A stretch of DNA of 64,000 nt from Pristiophorus japonicus (lineage: Eukaryota). The notes below the pieces were generated by a model. The model saw only the letters and a program-made list of their open reading frames with translations, was not told the origin of the DNA and searched no databases. The DNA lies in assembly GCF_044704955.1 (NCBI RefSeq), contig NC_091999.1:21824001-21888000 (forward strand), in the 5' to 3' direction. A program made the position numbers and the translations under genes. Of this stretch, positions 35,790 through 48,935 are shown one piece after another. The number at the start of each line of letters is the position of its first letter. The stretch's first letter is position 1.

Positions 35790-36590
35790 AGTGAAAGGGA
35801 TTCATTCAGGACAATCAGCAGGGTTTCAGGAAATCACACAGTGCAGTGAGAAAGGAAATAAATGTAGTGTAGATGGATTGTCAAAAGGTGTTTGATAAGA
35901 TGCCGGACAGGAGGCTTGTTGACCAAATTAATGCTCACAGTATTAAAGGGAGTGGGGCAGCGTGGAGAGGAAGTTGGGTCAAGGGCAGAAAACAGAGAGT
36001 GGCGGTTAATGGAGGTTCTTCAGACTGGGGGGATGTAAACAGTGGTGAGCCCAGGGTCAGTGTTGGAACCATTGCTCTGCTCAATATAGAGAAATGATCT
36101 GGGCTTGGGTATATGGGGCACACAATCAAAATCTCCAGGGAACACCAAAAAGGGCCCATGGCTAACTGTGAAGAGGACTTTAAGTGCCTTCATTGTCAAT
36201 ACACAGGTTAATAATTGGGCAGGTAGATGTGAAATGAAAGTTAATGCAGAGAAATGTGCTGCGATAGATTTTGGGAGGAAGAAAAAGGGAGGAAATGTAT
36301 ATTAAATGGTAAAACTTTCAATGGAGTAGAGGATCAGAGAGATTTAGGATTGTAGGATTCCAGCTAATTCCATGTCTTATTGAGGATCGAGAGACGAGTG
36401 TTAGAACACAAGAACATAATAAATAGGAGCAGGAGTAGGCCATCTGGCTCCTCGAGTCTGCTCCGTCATTCAATAAGATCATGGCTGATCTGATCCTGGC
36501 CTCTAATCAACTTCCTTGCCCGCTGCCCATAACCCTTCACTCCCTGATCGCTCAAAAATATGTCTATCTCCACCTTAAATATATTCAATG
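35790..36590. mobile_element. Degenerate CR1 fragments (+ strand RT; - strand 3' tail)
   Basis: DCQKVFDKMP..KQRV, plus a CR1 tail at 36405-36590. Confidence 0.65.
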
Positions 36591-37869
36591 ATTATTATTA
36601 GAAACATTAAGATTTTAAGAACTGTAATTTGAGCAGATTCTCTGTGCTCTACCACATCAGAGTAAAGATGCAAGTCCCGCGTGTCCACAGTAACTTACAC
36701 CAGGTCAGTTTGCTGGATGGTACCTCGGGTGCCCTGAGCTTGATCTCCGGTGTCTCTAGTCCCCACTGCCCTCGTACATCAGTCACCCCTCACTTTTATG
36801 CCCTGCACTGGTCCATCTCTGGCACTGGACTCTTCTTTGTCTTGTCTGCTGGGTTTGGGCAGGATACGAGGAAAAGACAGCTAGAACGTCTCTAATCCGT
36901 GATTTACAAGGACACTTTCCCTGGTTCCCAGCAGTTACTTTTCTTCAATAATTTTCTCATTATCCCTAAACTCCCCTGCCTGCTGTTAGTTGTTAGTTCT
37001 TATAGTTTCACAATTATAGGTATAAGCATCACGCGTTATATTCTAATCTATTGTGTTACTCACTCTGGTTTAAGCTTACATTCTGGTTACTCACAGACAA
37101 ACCCTGTTCTTTTCCCTGATCTGATTACAGATTGCAACTGTGGATTCAGTGAATGGAATGTCTTATCAGTGTTGCCATGGTGACCTGTCTGCAGTGAATC
37201 GATTGTTTGAGTTTCTAACTCAGACTAAACGTATCTTTCCCATGATGCACATTTAAGTCAAAGTCAATGTATTTTAGCCATTTTATGTTGATAACGTGGT
37301 TAAAGAAGCACAAAGGGTCCTATGGTTTATAAATAGGGCTGTGTAGTACAAAAGGGCAGAGGTCATGTAAACGTGCACAAATCATTGGTTAGGCTGCAGT
37401 TCGAGTATTGTGTCAGGTTTTGGGGATCTTACACCAGGAAGGATATCGAGGCCATGGAGAGGGTGCAGAGAGATTCACTGAGATGATACCAGGGAAGAGA
37501 GGATTTAGTTATCAGGGCAGATTGGAGAAACTGGAACTCTTTTCATTATAACAAAGGGTCATTGGAGATCTGAGGGAGGTGTTCAAAGTTTGATCGGTAA
37601 GTGAGGAAAAACTATTTATACCAGTCGGTGAGTCAGCAACTCGAGGGCATCAAATTCAAATCATCACTAAAAGGCTCAGACCCAGGGGTGAGCTATCGAA
37701 CACACTGTACAACAATGTTCGGGAGACTCACTGTCCCTCCGGATCTGTGTCCAGGGGAGGAACCGATGGGTTTTCCTTATCTTTGGGTTAAATGATGTTC
37801 TCATCGATGTGATGGATGTCAGTGTTTGGGAATGGGTCATTCTGAGCACCTTGTGTCTGCATAAAGCAC

Positions 37870-38160
37870 TTCCAGGGCAGGTAAAGCACGGGGTTAGATA
37901 CAGAGTAAAGGTCTCTCTACACTTTCCCAACAAACACTCCCAGGGCAGGTACAGCACGGGTTAGATACAGAGTAAAGCTCTCTCTACACGGTATCATCAA
38001 AACGCCCAGGGCAGGTACAGTACTGGTTAGATACAGTGTAAAGCTACCTCTACACTGTCCCATCAAACACTCCCAGGGCAGGTACAGAACGGGTCAGATA
38101 CAGAGTAAAGCTCCCTCTACACTGTCCCATCAAACACTCCCAGGACAGGTACTGCACAGG
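37870..38160 (-). repeat. ~66-bp satellite, reverse orientation
   Basis: GATACAGAGTAAAGCTCCCTCTACACTGTCCCATCAAACACTCCCAGGGCAGGTAC, 4 copies. Confidence 0.85.
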
Positions 38161-38650
38161 ATTGCTGCACTGTCAGTGTTGCCATCTTTCAGATGAGTCG
38201 TTCAACCGAGGCCCCATCAGCTCTCAACCAATATCACTCAAACAGATTCTCTGGCCATTGCTGTTCATGGCAGCTTGCTGTGTGCAAATCATCTGCTGCA
38301 TTTCCTATACTACAACAGTGAATGCACTTCAAATGTACTTTGGTGTTGTTGCACTTCATTGGCTGTAAAGCACTTTGAGGTCATGTGAGGTGTTGCATAA
38401 GGACAGGTCTTTGTTAAATGAAGGAGAAAAGTTCCAAAAAAGGAACAGTTAGTAACAGTACAACAATTAGTCTCTTCTTATATTGGAGAATTCAAGGAAT
38501 CGACACACTGTGTGTTGGAACCAAAGCTGATTTATTTGTCAGATATCCAGAACATTAAATCCAGCCCAGTTACAGGGGAAACACAGCCCGACTGTCAGAA
38601 TGAACACGATTCAGTCCTGATGTGATTCACAGCAGAATCCAACCCTGCAG

Positions 38651-39678
38651 TCACTTGTGAACTCGCAGGTGTCTCAGCAGGTTGTATGGGGCAGTGAATC
38701 CCTTCCAACAGATGGAAAGGTGAATGGCCTCTCCCCAGTGCGAACCCGCTGGTGTGTCAGCAGGTTGGATTTCTGAGTGAATCGCTTCCCACACTCTGAG
38801 CAAGTGAACGGCCTCTCCCCAGTGTGAACTCGCTGGTGTGTCAGCAGGTTGTATGGAGCAGTAAATCGCTTCCCACAGACGGAGCAAGTGAACGGCCTCT
38901 CCCCAGTGTGAGTGCATTGGTGTTTCCTCAGGTCATTTCTGCTTTTAAAGCTCTTCTCACAGTCAGAACATTTAAACGGTTTCTTATTGGTGTGAACAAG
39001 TTGGTGTGCCAGTAGGTTGGATGAACAAGTGAATCCCTTCCCACACACGGACACAGGTGAATGGCCACTCCCCAGTGTGAACTGGCTGGTGTGCCAGTAG
39101 GCTGGATGAATCACTGAATCCCTTCCCACACATGGAGCAGATGAACTGCCTCTCCCCGGTATGTATTCGCTGGTGTCTCAGCAGGTGGGATGGCCGAGTG
39201 AATCCTTTCCCATACTCTGAACAGGTGAACAGCCTCTCCCCAGTGTGAATGCGCTTGTGAATTTCCAGCTCAGAACGGGTAACTGAATCCCTTCCCACAG
39301 TCTCCACATTCCCACGGTTTCTCCATGCTGCTGGTATCTCTCCAGATTGGATGATCAGTTGAAGCCTCGCCCACACACAATACGTTTACAAATTCTCTGC
39401 GCTGTGAATGGTGCGATGTTTTTTCAGGCTGTGTGACTGGTTAAAGCTCTTTCCAAAGGCAGTGCCATGGAACACTCTCACTCGGCTGTGTGTGTCTCAG
39501 TGCTTTTGCAGTCACACTGATGTTTGGAATATTTGCCTGCAGGCAGAAGAGACAAACATTTCTCCTTCCACATTCAAAGGCCAATGATATTCATGTTGCG
39601 GTGGATCAAGTGACTCTGTGAGATCTTGGTGATGTTTGGTTCCAGTTTCCCATCTGCAAATCTTCCCCTTCTAATCCC
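38651..39678 (-). pseudogene. C2H2 zinc-finger pseudogene (about 8 fingers, frameshifted)
   Basis: ATG at 39326 ([14 protein letters not shown]) followed by a frameshift; TGERPF linkers across three frames; ends HLRVHK*. Confidence 0.88.
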
Positions 39679-39764
39679 CTGAAAAAGGAGTTTACAAATG
39701 TCATCCCTACTCCCCATGTTGAAATCCAAACCCATTACATCATTGCCAATATTTTTTCCTTCTT

Positions 39765-40035
39765 GCTGAAGTTATTGACTCTGGCTGGGTTCAGTTCTAC
39801 ATTCACTGGGTCCTCTCCCTCTCCTCCCCTGAAGGTGCTGACACTGGTTGGATTCAGTTCTACACTCAATGGTTCCTCTCCCTCTCGTCCCCTGAAGGTG
39901 CTGACACTGGTTGGATTCAGTTCTACACTCAATGGTTCCCCTCCCTCTCCTTCCCTGAAGGTGCTGACTCTGGCTGGTTTCATTTCTACACTCACTGGTT
40001 CCCCTCCCCTGAAGCTGCTGACTCTGGCGAGGTTC
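39765..40035 (+). repeat. ~55-62-bp ZNF-associated tandem repeat
   Basis: 5 copies of CTGAAGGTGCTGAC..GGGTTCAGTTCTACACTC. Confidence 0.85.
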
Positions 40036-40039
40036 TAGT

Positions 40040-40510
40040 TAGGCCACAGCTAGAGTACTGTGTGCAGTTCTGGTCACCACATTACAAGAAAGATGTGATT
40101 GCACCACTCAGGGTACAAAGATTTACGAGGATGTTGCCTGGACATGAGAATTTTAGCTATGAGGACAGATTGGATAGACTGGGGTTGTTTGTTTAGGAAA
40201 AGAGGACGCTGAGGGGAGACCTCATTGAGGTGTATAAAATTATGAGGGGCCTAGATAGAGTAGATAGGAAGGATCTATTTCCCTTAGCAGAGGGTCAATC
40301 GCTGGGGGTGCATAGATTTAAAGTAATTGGTGAAATGTTTAGATGGGATTTGAGAAATCTTTTCACCGAGAGGATGGTGGGAGTCTGGAACTGACTGCCT
40401 GAAAGGATGGTAGCGGCAGAAAACCTCATAACATTTAAAAGTACTTGGATATGCACTTGACGGGCCTAGATAGAGTGGATACGAAGGACCTATTTGCCTT
40501 AGCAGAGGTG
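40040..40510 (+). mobile_element. CR1 LINE 3' fragment
   Basis: LEYCVQFWSP..LRGDLIEVYKI coding remnants. Confidence 0.75.
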
Positions 40511-40514
40511 TCAC

Positions 40515-40945
40515 CTGTGGCTCAGTGAGTCAGAAGGTTGTGGGTTCAAGTCCCACTCCAGAGACTTGAGCACAAAAAATCTACGCTGACACTCCAGTGT
40601 CACTGCACTGTCGGAGGAGCCATCTTTCGGATGAGGCTTTAAACCGAAGCCTGGTCAACTCTCTCTCTGGTGGACATAAAAGATCTCATGGCACTATTTC
40701 GAAAAAGAGGAGGGAAGCTACCCCCGGCGTCGTGGCCAATATTTGTCCTTTAATCAAAATAACAAAAACAGTTTATCTGGTCTTTATCACATTGCTGTCT
40801 GTGGGAGTTTGCTGGTCACAAATTAGCTGCCGCCTTTCCCACATTACAACAGTGACTACACTCCAAAAGTACTTCATTCTCTGTGAATAGCTTTGAGACG
40901 TCCGGTGTTCGTGAAAGGCGCTATATAAATGTACGGCTTTCTTTA
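40515..40945 (+). mobile_element. tRNA-headed Deu-domain SINE (SacSINE1-like)
   Basis: GTGGCTCAGTG..GGTTCAAGTCCC (A/B boxes); Deu-like core CTTTCGGATGAG..TAAACCGA..CATGGCACTATTTC..CCCCGG.GTC.TGGCCAA; tail GGCGCTATATAAAT. Confidence 0.7.
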
Positions 40946-41089
40946 ATGTGCCATAACCTACAGAGCTACAGACCAAGAGCTGTACAGTGGGATTAGGCTG
41001 CAGAGCTATGTGCCAGCCGGCAGGGACACGGTGGGCTGAATGGCCTCCTTCTGTGCTGTCAATGTCTGGGATTCGATGATGTCACAGGT

Positions 41090-41780
41090 CTCACCAGCAG
41101 CTGAGCTGCCTGATTGGTGATTGACAGCCGAGAGTCTGCGCATGCACACCGGGAAAAGCGTCCGGCACAGCGCCCCCCTCGCGATCGCCATCGGTAATAG
41201 CCGCGCATGCCCAGGGGACACCAACCAACTCCTCCCCCCCACACTCGGAGCTGCGCCTCTGCACTCGGATCCTGTGGTGTGGAGTCGGCGCGGCGCCTTC
41301 TGGGGAAAGGCGTTTGTGTCCGTTAAAGTGCCTCGAGCGGTGATGCAAAGCGACTTTCCTCCACTCTGATTGGGTAGAGATTTGCGCGGGGGAGCGGGGG
41401 GGATAGGGAGAGAATAAAGGGAAATCCAAACCCGAGAGCCGCCCATCCGGGTCCCCGAGACCAGTTTTCAGCAGTTTGGCGGAGCGCGCTCGAGGGACAT
41501 GTGACCGGTACTGATTGACGGGAGCTTCCAACCAATGCGGAGCGAGCGGGTCGGGGTTGGAGGAACGAGCCAGCGACAGGTCCTCCAACCAATTGGGGAG
41601 CCCGAGGGGCGGGATTTGTGCCACTGATTGTCTGAGCCACAGGGCGCGACCTTGTGCAGTCCCTTGTTCAGGGCCTGGTGTCCTTGGAGATGGAGCACGC
41701 AGTGTCCACCGGTACGCTCGCGGCCTTCCGCGAGAGGTGGGCACCGGAGGGACTGGAGTGCATCATCACGCCCGGCAACC
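41090..41780. promoter_or_regulatory. CpG island, probable bidirectional promoter between head-to-head ZNF units
   Basis: CpG-dense; NRF1-like GCGCATGC at ~41138 and ~41203; several CCAAT/ATTGG boxes (41112, 41369, 41532, 41589); GGGGCGGG. Confidence 0.65.
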
Positions 41781-42559
41781 AAATTTTAATTTGATTTTAC
41801 GTTTTAAAGTTTAATTTGTTTTAATTGCCGGTGCTTTTAGTGTCCCCCTCTCCTTTTATAGGGGGCACTGGAAAAAGGAACAATTTGATTTTAGTGCCCA
41901 AAAAAAAAACACAAAAAAACCCCCCCCCCCAAAAAAAAAGGGCCTTGTAACTGTCTTGTGTGTGTCATCCAGGTCGGGTGGCACGGATACATGTTTTATG
42001 TTTTGCAGGTTAACTCAAAAGAGTTTCAGGGCCTGGGGCCAGGGGAGGCTATGGGCCTTTATTGTGCGCCCTTTTGGACACATCATCATCATCATCATAG
42101 GCAGTCCTTCGGAATCGAGGAAGACTTGCTTCCACTCCTGAAGTGAGTTATGTGGTGGCTAAACAGTCCAATACGAGAACCACAGACTGTGTCACTGGTG
42201 GGCGGGACAGGTTTGCTGCACACTCCTTCCGTGCCTGAACTTGACCTCTTCATGCTCTCGGCATTGAGACTCAAAGTACTCAATGCCCTCCTGGATGCAC
42301 TTTCTCCATCCAGGGCAGTCTTTGGCCAGGGACTCCCAGGTGTCAGTGGTGATGTCGCACTTTATCAGGGAAGCTGTGAGGGTGTCCTTGTAACATTTCT
42401 GCTGCCCACATTTGGCTCGTTTGCCGTGGACACAAGGCTCTGGGGCTCACAACCCACTGGCTCACATTTTAATGCAGATTTTTAAAATTCATCCTTTTAA
42501 TATAGACTTGTTAAATTCATCAATAAAAGCAGACAAACCCCGTGCTTCTGTGGAATAGT

Positions 42560-42900
42560 CGGGAGGAGACCAGCATCGCGAGACCTGAGCGGACGTGGGA
42601 GTACAAAGGGTAGTGGCAGCTTGGAGCAGCGGCAGTCAGGAGGAGGCCAGCATCACGAGACTTGATTGGATGCGGGAGTACAAAGGGAAGCAGTCAGGAG
42701 GAGGCCAGCGTCGCGAGACCTGAGCGGACGCGGGAGTACAAAGGGCAGCAGTCAGGAGGAGGCCAGCATCGCGAGACCTGAGCGGACGCGGGAGTACAAA
42801 GGGCAGCAGTCAGGAGGAGGCCAGCTGCAGCAGGAACATAAAGTGAAAAAAAATCGAAATCGAAGTGTGACGTCACAGCCAAGCAGGTAAGTGATTGGCT
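42560..42900 (+). repeat. ~59-bp tandem monomers; probable CR1 5' UTR
   Basis: 4-5 copies of GCAGTCAGGAGGAGGCCAGCATCGCGAGACCTGAGCGGACGCGGGAGTACAAAGG, then TGACGTCA and CAG|GTAAGT. Confidence 0.7.
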
Positions 42901-43049
42901 GGTGGATATGTGACTTTATTTTCTTTAAGAAATCTTTGGTATTGTTGTAGGTTTGGAACTGCAATTAAATATATGTGATCTTTATTATCTAAGGAGAACC
43001 AGTTGATTAAATCGGCTGTGTGCTGAAACAGTTTGGGTGGAGATAAGGA

Positions 43050-46000
43050 ATAATAAAGGGAAAAAGTCACTTGGTGGGTGTATTCTATAGGCCGCCGAAC
43101 AGCAGCAACTCTGTTGGTCAGAGTATAAACCACGAAATAGTGGGGGCTAGTAAAAAGGGAACAGCAATAATCATGGGTAATTTTAATCTCCATTATGATT
43201 GGACAAATCAAGTTGGTCAGGTAGCCTTGAGGAAGTGTTCATCGAGTGCATAAGGGATGGGTTCCTTGAACAGTATATAACGGAACCAACCAAGGGGCAA
43301 GCTATCTTAGTTCTGGTCCTGTGTAATGAGACAGGATTAATAAACAATCTCCAAGTAAAAGATCCCCTTGGAATCAGTAGCATGATTCAATTTCAAATTC
43401 AGATGGCAGGGGGATGGGAACCTATGTAGGGAGGCAGAGGGAAATAAAAGGGAGACAGAGGCAAAAGAGAGAAAGGAGAATAGTAAAAGTGGAGGGCAGA
43501 GAATCCCAAGGGCCACATTACAGCAAAATTATAAATCGACAATGTGTGTTAAAAAGACAAAGCTGAAGGCTCTGTGTCTTAATGCAAGGAGTATCCGTAA
43601 AAAGGTGGATGAATTAACTGTGCAAATAGATGTTAACAGATATGGTGTGATTGGGATTACAGAGACGTGGCTCCAGGATGATCAGGGCTGGGAACTCAAC
43701 ATCCACGGGTATTCAACATTCAGGAAGGATAGAATAAAAGGAAAAGGAGGTGGGGTAGCATTGCTGGTTAAAGAGGCGATTAATGCAATAGTTAGGAAGG
43801 ACATTAGCTTGGATGATGTGGAATCTATATGGGTAGAGCTGCAGAACACCAAATGGCAAAAAACGTTAGTGGGAGTTGTGTACAGACCTCCAAACAGTAG
43901 TAGTGATGTTGGGGAAGGCATCAAACAGGAAATTAGGGGTGCATGCAATTAAGGTGCAGCAGTTATCATGGGTGACTTTAATATGCATATAGATTGGGCT
44001 AACCAAACTGGAAACAATACGGTGGAGGAGGATTTCCTGGAGTGCATAAGGGATGGTTTTCTGGACCAATATGTCGAGGAACCAACTAGGGGGGAGGCCA
44101 TCTTAGACTGGGTGTTGTGTAATGAGCGAGGAATGTGTAATGTGAGGCCCCTTGGGGAAGACCATAATATGGTGGAATTCGACATTAGGATGGAGAATGA
44201 AACAGTTAATTCAGAGACCATGGTCCAGAACTTAACGAAGGGTAACTTTGAAGGTATGAGGCGTGAATTGGCTAGGATAGATTGGCGAATGATACTTAAG
44301 GAGTTGACAGTGGATGGGCAATGGCAGACATTTAGAGACTGCATGGATGAACTACAACAATTGTACATCCCTGCCTGGCATAAAAATAAAAAGGGAAGGT
44401 GGCTCAACCGTGGCTATCAAGGGAAATCAGGGACAGTATTAAAGCCAAGGAAGTGGCATGCAAATTGGCCAGAAATAGCAGCGAACACAGGGACTGGGCT
44501 AAATTTAGCACTCAGCAGAGGAGGACAAAAGGTTTGATTAGGGCAGGGAAAATATAGTACGAGAAGAAGCTTGCAGGGAACATTAAAACGCACTGCAAAA
44601 GCTTCTATCGATATGTAATGAGAAAAAGATTAGTAAAGACAAACGTAGGTCCCCTGCACTCAGAATCAGGGGTAGTCATAACGGGAAACAAAGAAATCGC
44701 AGAACAATTGAACGAGTACTTTGGTTCGGTATTCACTAAGGAGGACACAAACAACCTTCCGGATATCAAAGGGGTCAGAGGGTCTAGTAAGAAGCACGAA
44801 CTGAGGGAAATTCTTATTAGTTGGGAAATTGGGTTGGGCACATTGATTGGATTGAAGGCCGATAAATCCCCAGTGCCTGATGGATTGCATCCCAGAGTAT
44901 GTAAGGAGGTTGCCTTGGAAATAGCGGATGCATTGACAGTCATTTTCCAACATTCCATAGACTCTGGATCAGTTCCTATGGAATGGATGGTAGCCAACGT
45001 AACCCCACTTTTTAAAAAATGAGGGAGGGAGAACAGGGAATTATCGAACAGTCAGTCTGACATCGATAGTGGGTAAAATGATGGAATCAATTATTAAGGA
45101 TTTCTTAGCAGCGCATTTGGAAAGAGGTGACATGATAGGTCCAAGTCAGCATGGATTTGTGAAAGGGAAATCATGCTTGACAAATCTTCTGGAATTCTTT
45201 GAGGATGTTTCCAGTAGAGTGGACAAGGGAGAACTAGTTGATGTGGTGTATTTGAACTTTCAGAAGCTTTTCGACAAGGTCCAACACAAGAGATTAATGT
45301 ACAAAGTTAAAGCACATGGGATTGGCGATAGTGTGCTGACGTGGATTGAGAACTGGTTGGCAGACAGTAAGCAAAGAGTAGGAGTAAATGGATATTTTTC
45401 AGAATGGCAGGCAGTGACTAGTGGGGAACCGCAAGGTTCTGTGCTGGGGCCCCATCTGTTTACATTGTACATTAATGATTTAGACGAGGGGATTAAATGT
45501 AGTATCTCCACATTTGCGGATGACACTAAGTTGGGTGGCAGTGTGAGCTGCGAGGAGGATGCTATGAGGCTGCAGAGTGACTTGGATAGGTTAGGTGAGT
45601 GGGCAAATGCATGGCAGATGAAATATAATGTGGATAAATGTGAGGTTATCCACTTTGGTGGTAAAAACAGAGAGACAGACAATTATCTGAATGGTGACAG
45701 ATTAGGAAAAGGGGAGGTGCAACGAGTCCTGAGTGTCATGGTACATCAGTCATTGAAGTTTGGCATGCAGATACAGCAGGCGGTTAAGAAAGCTACTGGC
45801 ATGTTGGCCTTCATAGCTAGGGGATTTGAGTACTGGGCAGGGATGTGTTACTACAGTGTACAGGGCCTTGGTGAGGCCACACTGGAGTATTGTGTACAGT
45901 TTGGTCTCCTAACTTGAGGAAGGACATTCTTGCTATTGATGGAGTGCAGCGAAGGTTCACCAGACTGATTCCCGGGATGGCGAGACTGACATATCAAGAA

Positions 46001-47480
46001 AGATTGGATCAACTGGGCTTCTATTCACTGGAGTTCAGAAGAATGAGAGGGGATCTCATAGAAACGTTTAAAATTCTGACGGGTTTAGACAGGTTAGATG
46101 CAGGAAGAATGTTCAAAAATGTTGGGGAAGTCCAGAACCAGGGATCACAGTCTAAGGATAAGGGGTAAGCCACTTACGACAGAGATGAGGAGAAACTTCT
46201 TCACTCAGAGTGGCGAAACTATGGAATTCTCCACCACAGAAAGTTATTGAGGCCAATTCACTCAATATATTCAAAAAGGAGTTAGATGTAGTTCTTACTG
46301 CTAGGGGGATCAAGGGGTATGGCGAGAAAGTAGGAATGAGGTACTGAAGTTGCATGTTCAGCCATGATGGAATACAATGTCGGAAAGTGTGAGGTCATCC
46401 ACCTTGGGGAAAAAAAACAAAAATTGGGAATATTATTTGAATGGGGAGAAATTACAACATGCTGCGGTGCAGAGGGACCTGGGGGTCCTTGTGCATGTAT
46501 CCCAATAAGTTAGTTTGCAGGTGCAGCAGGTAATCAGGAAGGCGAATGGAATGTTGGCCTTCATTGCGAGAGGGATGAAGTACAAAAGCAGGGAGGTCCT
46601 TCTGCAACTGTATAGGGTATTGGTGAGGCCGCACCTGGAGTACTGCGTGCAGTTTTGGTCGCCTTACTTAAGGAAGGATATACTGGCTTTGGAGGGGGTA
46701 CAGAAACGATTCACTAGGTTGATTCCGGAGATGACAGGTTTACCTTATGATGATAGATTGAGTAGACTGGGTCTTTACTCGTTGGAGTTTAAGAAGGATG
46801 AGGGGTGATCTTATAGAAACATTTAAAATAATGAAAGAGATAGACAAGATAGAGGCAGAGAGGTTGTTTCCACTGGTCGGGGAGACTAGAACTAGGGGGC
46901 ACAGCCTCAAAATACGGGGGAGCCAATTTAAAACCGAGTTGAGAAGGAATTTCTTCTCCCAGAGGGTTGTGAATCTGTGGAATTATCTGCCCAAGGAAGC
47001 AGTTGAGGCTAGCTCATTGAATGTATTCAAGTCACAGATAGATAGATTTTTAATTAATAAGGGAATTAAGGGTTATGGGGAGCAGGCGGGTAAGTGGAGC
47101 TGAGTCCACGGCCAGATCAGCCATGATCTTGTTGAATGGCGGAGCAGGCTCGAGGGGCTAGATGGCCTACTCCTGTTCCTAATTCTTATGTTATGTTCTT
47201 ATGACCTCATTGAATTGCGGTGCAGGCTCGAAGAGCCAAATGGCCTAATCATGCACCTATTTTCTATGTTTCTATGATCTCTAACCAGCGTACTAAGCTT
47301 AAATAAAGGGGACTATGAAGGGATGAGGGCTGAGTTGGCTAAAGTGGACTGGGAAAATAGATTAAAGTGTAGGATGGTTGGTGTACATTTCAGGAGATAT
47401 TTCACAACTCTCAAGAAAAATATATTTCAGTGAGGAGGAAAGGGTGTAAGAGAAAAGATAGCAATCCGTTGGTAACTAAA
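43050..47480 (+). mobile_element. Nested CR1 LINE complex including a near-full ORF2 (EN+RT) at ~43405-46365
   Basis: [42 protein letters not shown] and LEYCVQFWSP; two successive 3' tails, (TTCTTATG)n at ~47200 and (TTTCTATG)n at ~47275. Confidence 0.93.
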
Positions 47481-47685
47481 CGTGTTTCAGCATCCTGATC
47501 ATTTGAGCCAATATCGTTTCTCACTATGGCGGTGATTCCATCCTTTATCATCAGAGCTACCCCACCTCCTTTTCTTTTCTGTCTTTCCTTCTGGATTGTC
47601 AAGTACCCCGAAATGTTAAGTTCCCAGTCTTGGTCACCTTGCAACCATGTCTCTGTAATGGCTATGAGACCATATCCATTTGTAA
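47480..47685 (-). mobile_element. CR1 endonuclease fragment
   Basis: ITETWLQGDQDWELNISGY..GGGVAL. Confidence 0.8.
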
Positions 47686-47899
47686 CTGGTGTTGGTGCTA
47701 AACCCTGACTAAGAACCTAGAGGTCCCACGTTTGCAGCTCTGGGACTTTTTCACGGGAACAGGCCCAGGTTGGCAGCCTTTGTAAAGGTACGATGCAGAT
47801 CTGTGCACCGCTATCACTGTTCGTCGAGCCATAGAGCGCATGTGTGGTCACCTTTTAAATGAACACAGAGTGCTTGGAACTTCAGGGCCTCATCCAGAT

Positions 47900-48135
47900 T
47901 CAGCACCATCAGGGGAGGAGAGGGAGGGGAACCAGTGAGTGCAGAAGTTAACCCAGTCAGTGTCAGCACCATAAGGGGAGGAGAGGGAGTGGAACCAGTG
48001 AGTGTCGTACTGAACCCAGCCAGAGTCTGCACCATTAGGGGAAGAGAGGGAGAGGAACCAGTGAAGGAGAACGGAACCCAGCCAGAGTCAGCACCATCAG
48101 AGTAGGAGAGGGAGTGTAGAACTGAAACCAGCCAT
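47900..48135 (-). repeat. ZNF-associated ~60-bp repeat, reverse orientation
   Basis: CCAGTGAGTG..GAACCCAGCCAGAGTCAGCACC, 4 copies. Confidence 0.8.
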
Positions 48136-48336
48136 AGTTGGTGGGGAAAACTGGGAATGGAGGATAAAATGTCTTGAGAAGTGCGATGTGTTTGGATTTC
48201 AGCAGAAGGAGGAGGCAGCGATTTACAGCCTTGGAGGAACAAGAGAGGAAAAAATGTTCCATAATAACTAGAATTTACTGTTCTGAATTTTTTTTGTGTA
48301 CTTATGGTGATGAGATCTGTAAACTCCTTTTACAAG

Positions 48337-48935
48337 GTATTCAAAGGATTTGAAGATGGAAAACTCAAACCAAACATCACACCAAGATCTGATGGAGTCA
48401 CTCGATTCCTCAGGACCTGAATATCATCGGCCTTTCAATATAGAAGGAGAAATGTTTGTCTCTTCTGCCTGTGGGAAAAATTGCAAACATCAGTGTGACT
48501 GGAGAAGCACCGAGGCACACACACCCGAGTGAGTGTTCCAGTGCACTGACTGTGAAAAGAGCTTTAACCAGTTACACAGCCTGAAAAAACATCGCAGCGT
48601 TCACATCGGGGAGAACCGTACACGTGTTGTGTGTGTGGACCAGGCTTCAACTGAGCGTCCAACCTGGAGAGACACAAGGATACCCACACCATGGACAAAC
48701 CGTGGAAATGTGGAGACTGTGGGAGGGGATTTAGTTCACCGTCTAACCTCGATATTCATCAGCACAGTCACACCGGGGGAAGGGATTCACTCAGCCATCC
48801 AGCCTGCGAACACACCAGGGAGTTCACACCGGGAAGAGGCCGTTCACCTGCGCCCAGTGTGGCAGGGGATTCACTTGGTCATCCCACTTGCTGACACACC
48901 AGCGAGTTCACACTGGGGAGAGGCTTTCCACTGCT
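48337..48935 (+). pseudogene. C2H2 zinc-finger pseudogene (truncated, frameshifted)
   Basis: ATG at 48691 ([14 protein letters not shown]), a deletion inside finger 2, and truncation after about 3 fingers. Confidence 0.85.

Noticed and set aside
40515-40565. tRNA gene
   Set aside because: A/B-box-like head of a SINE; no complete cloverleaf.
41006-41814. Overlapping ORFs in the CpG island
   Set aside because: GC-rich, stop-poor sequence with no recognisable domain.
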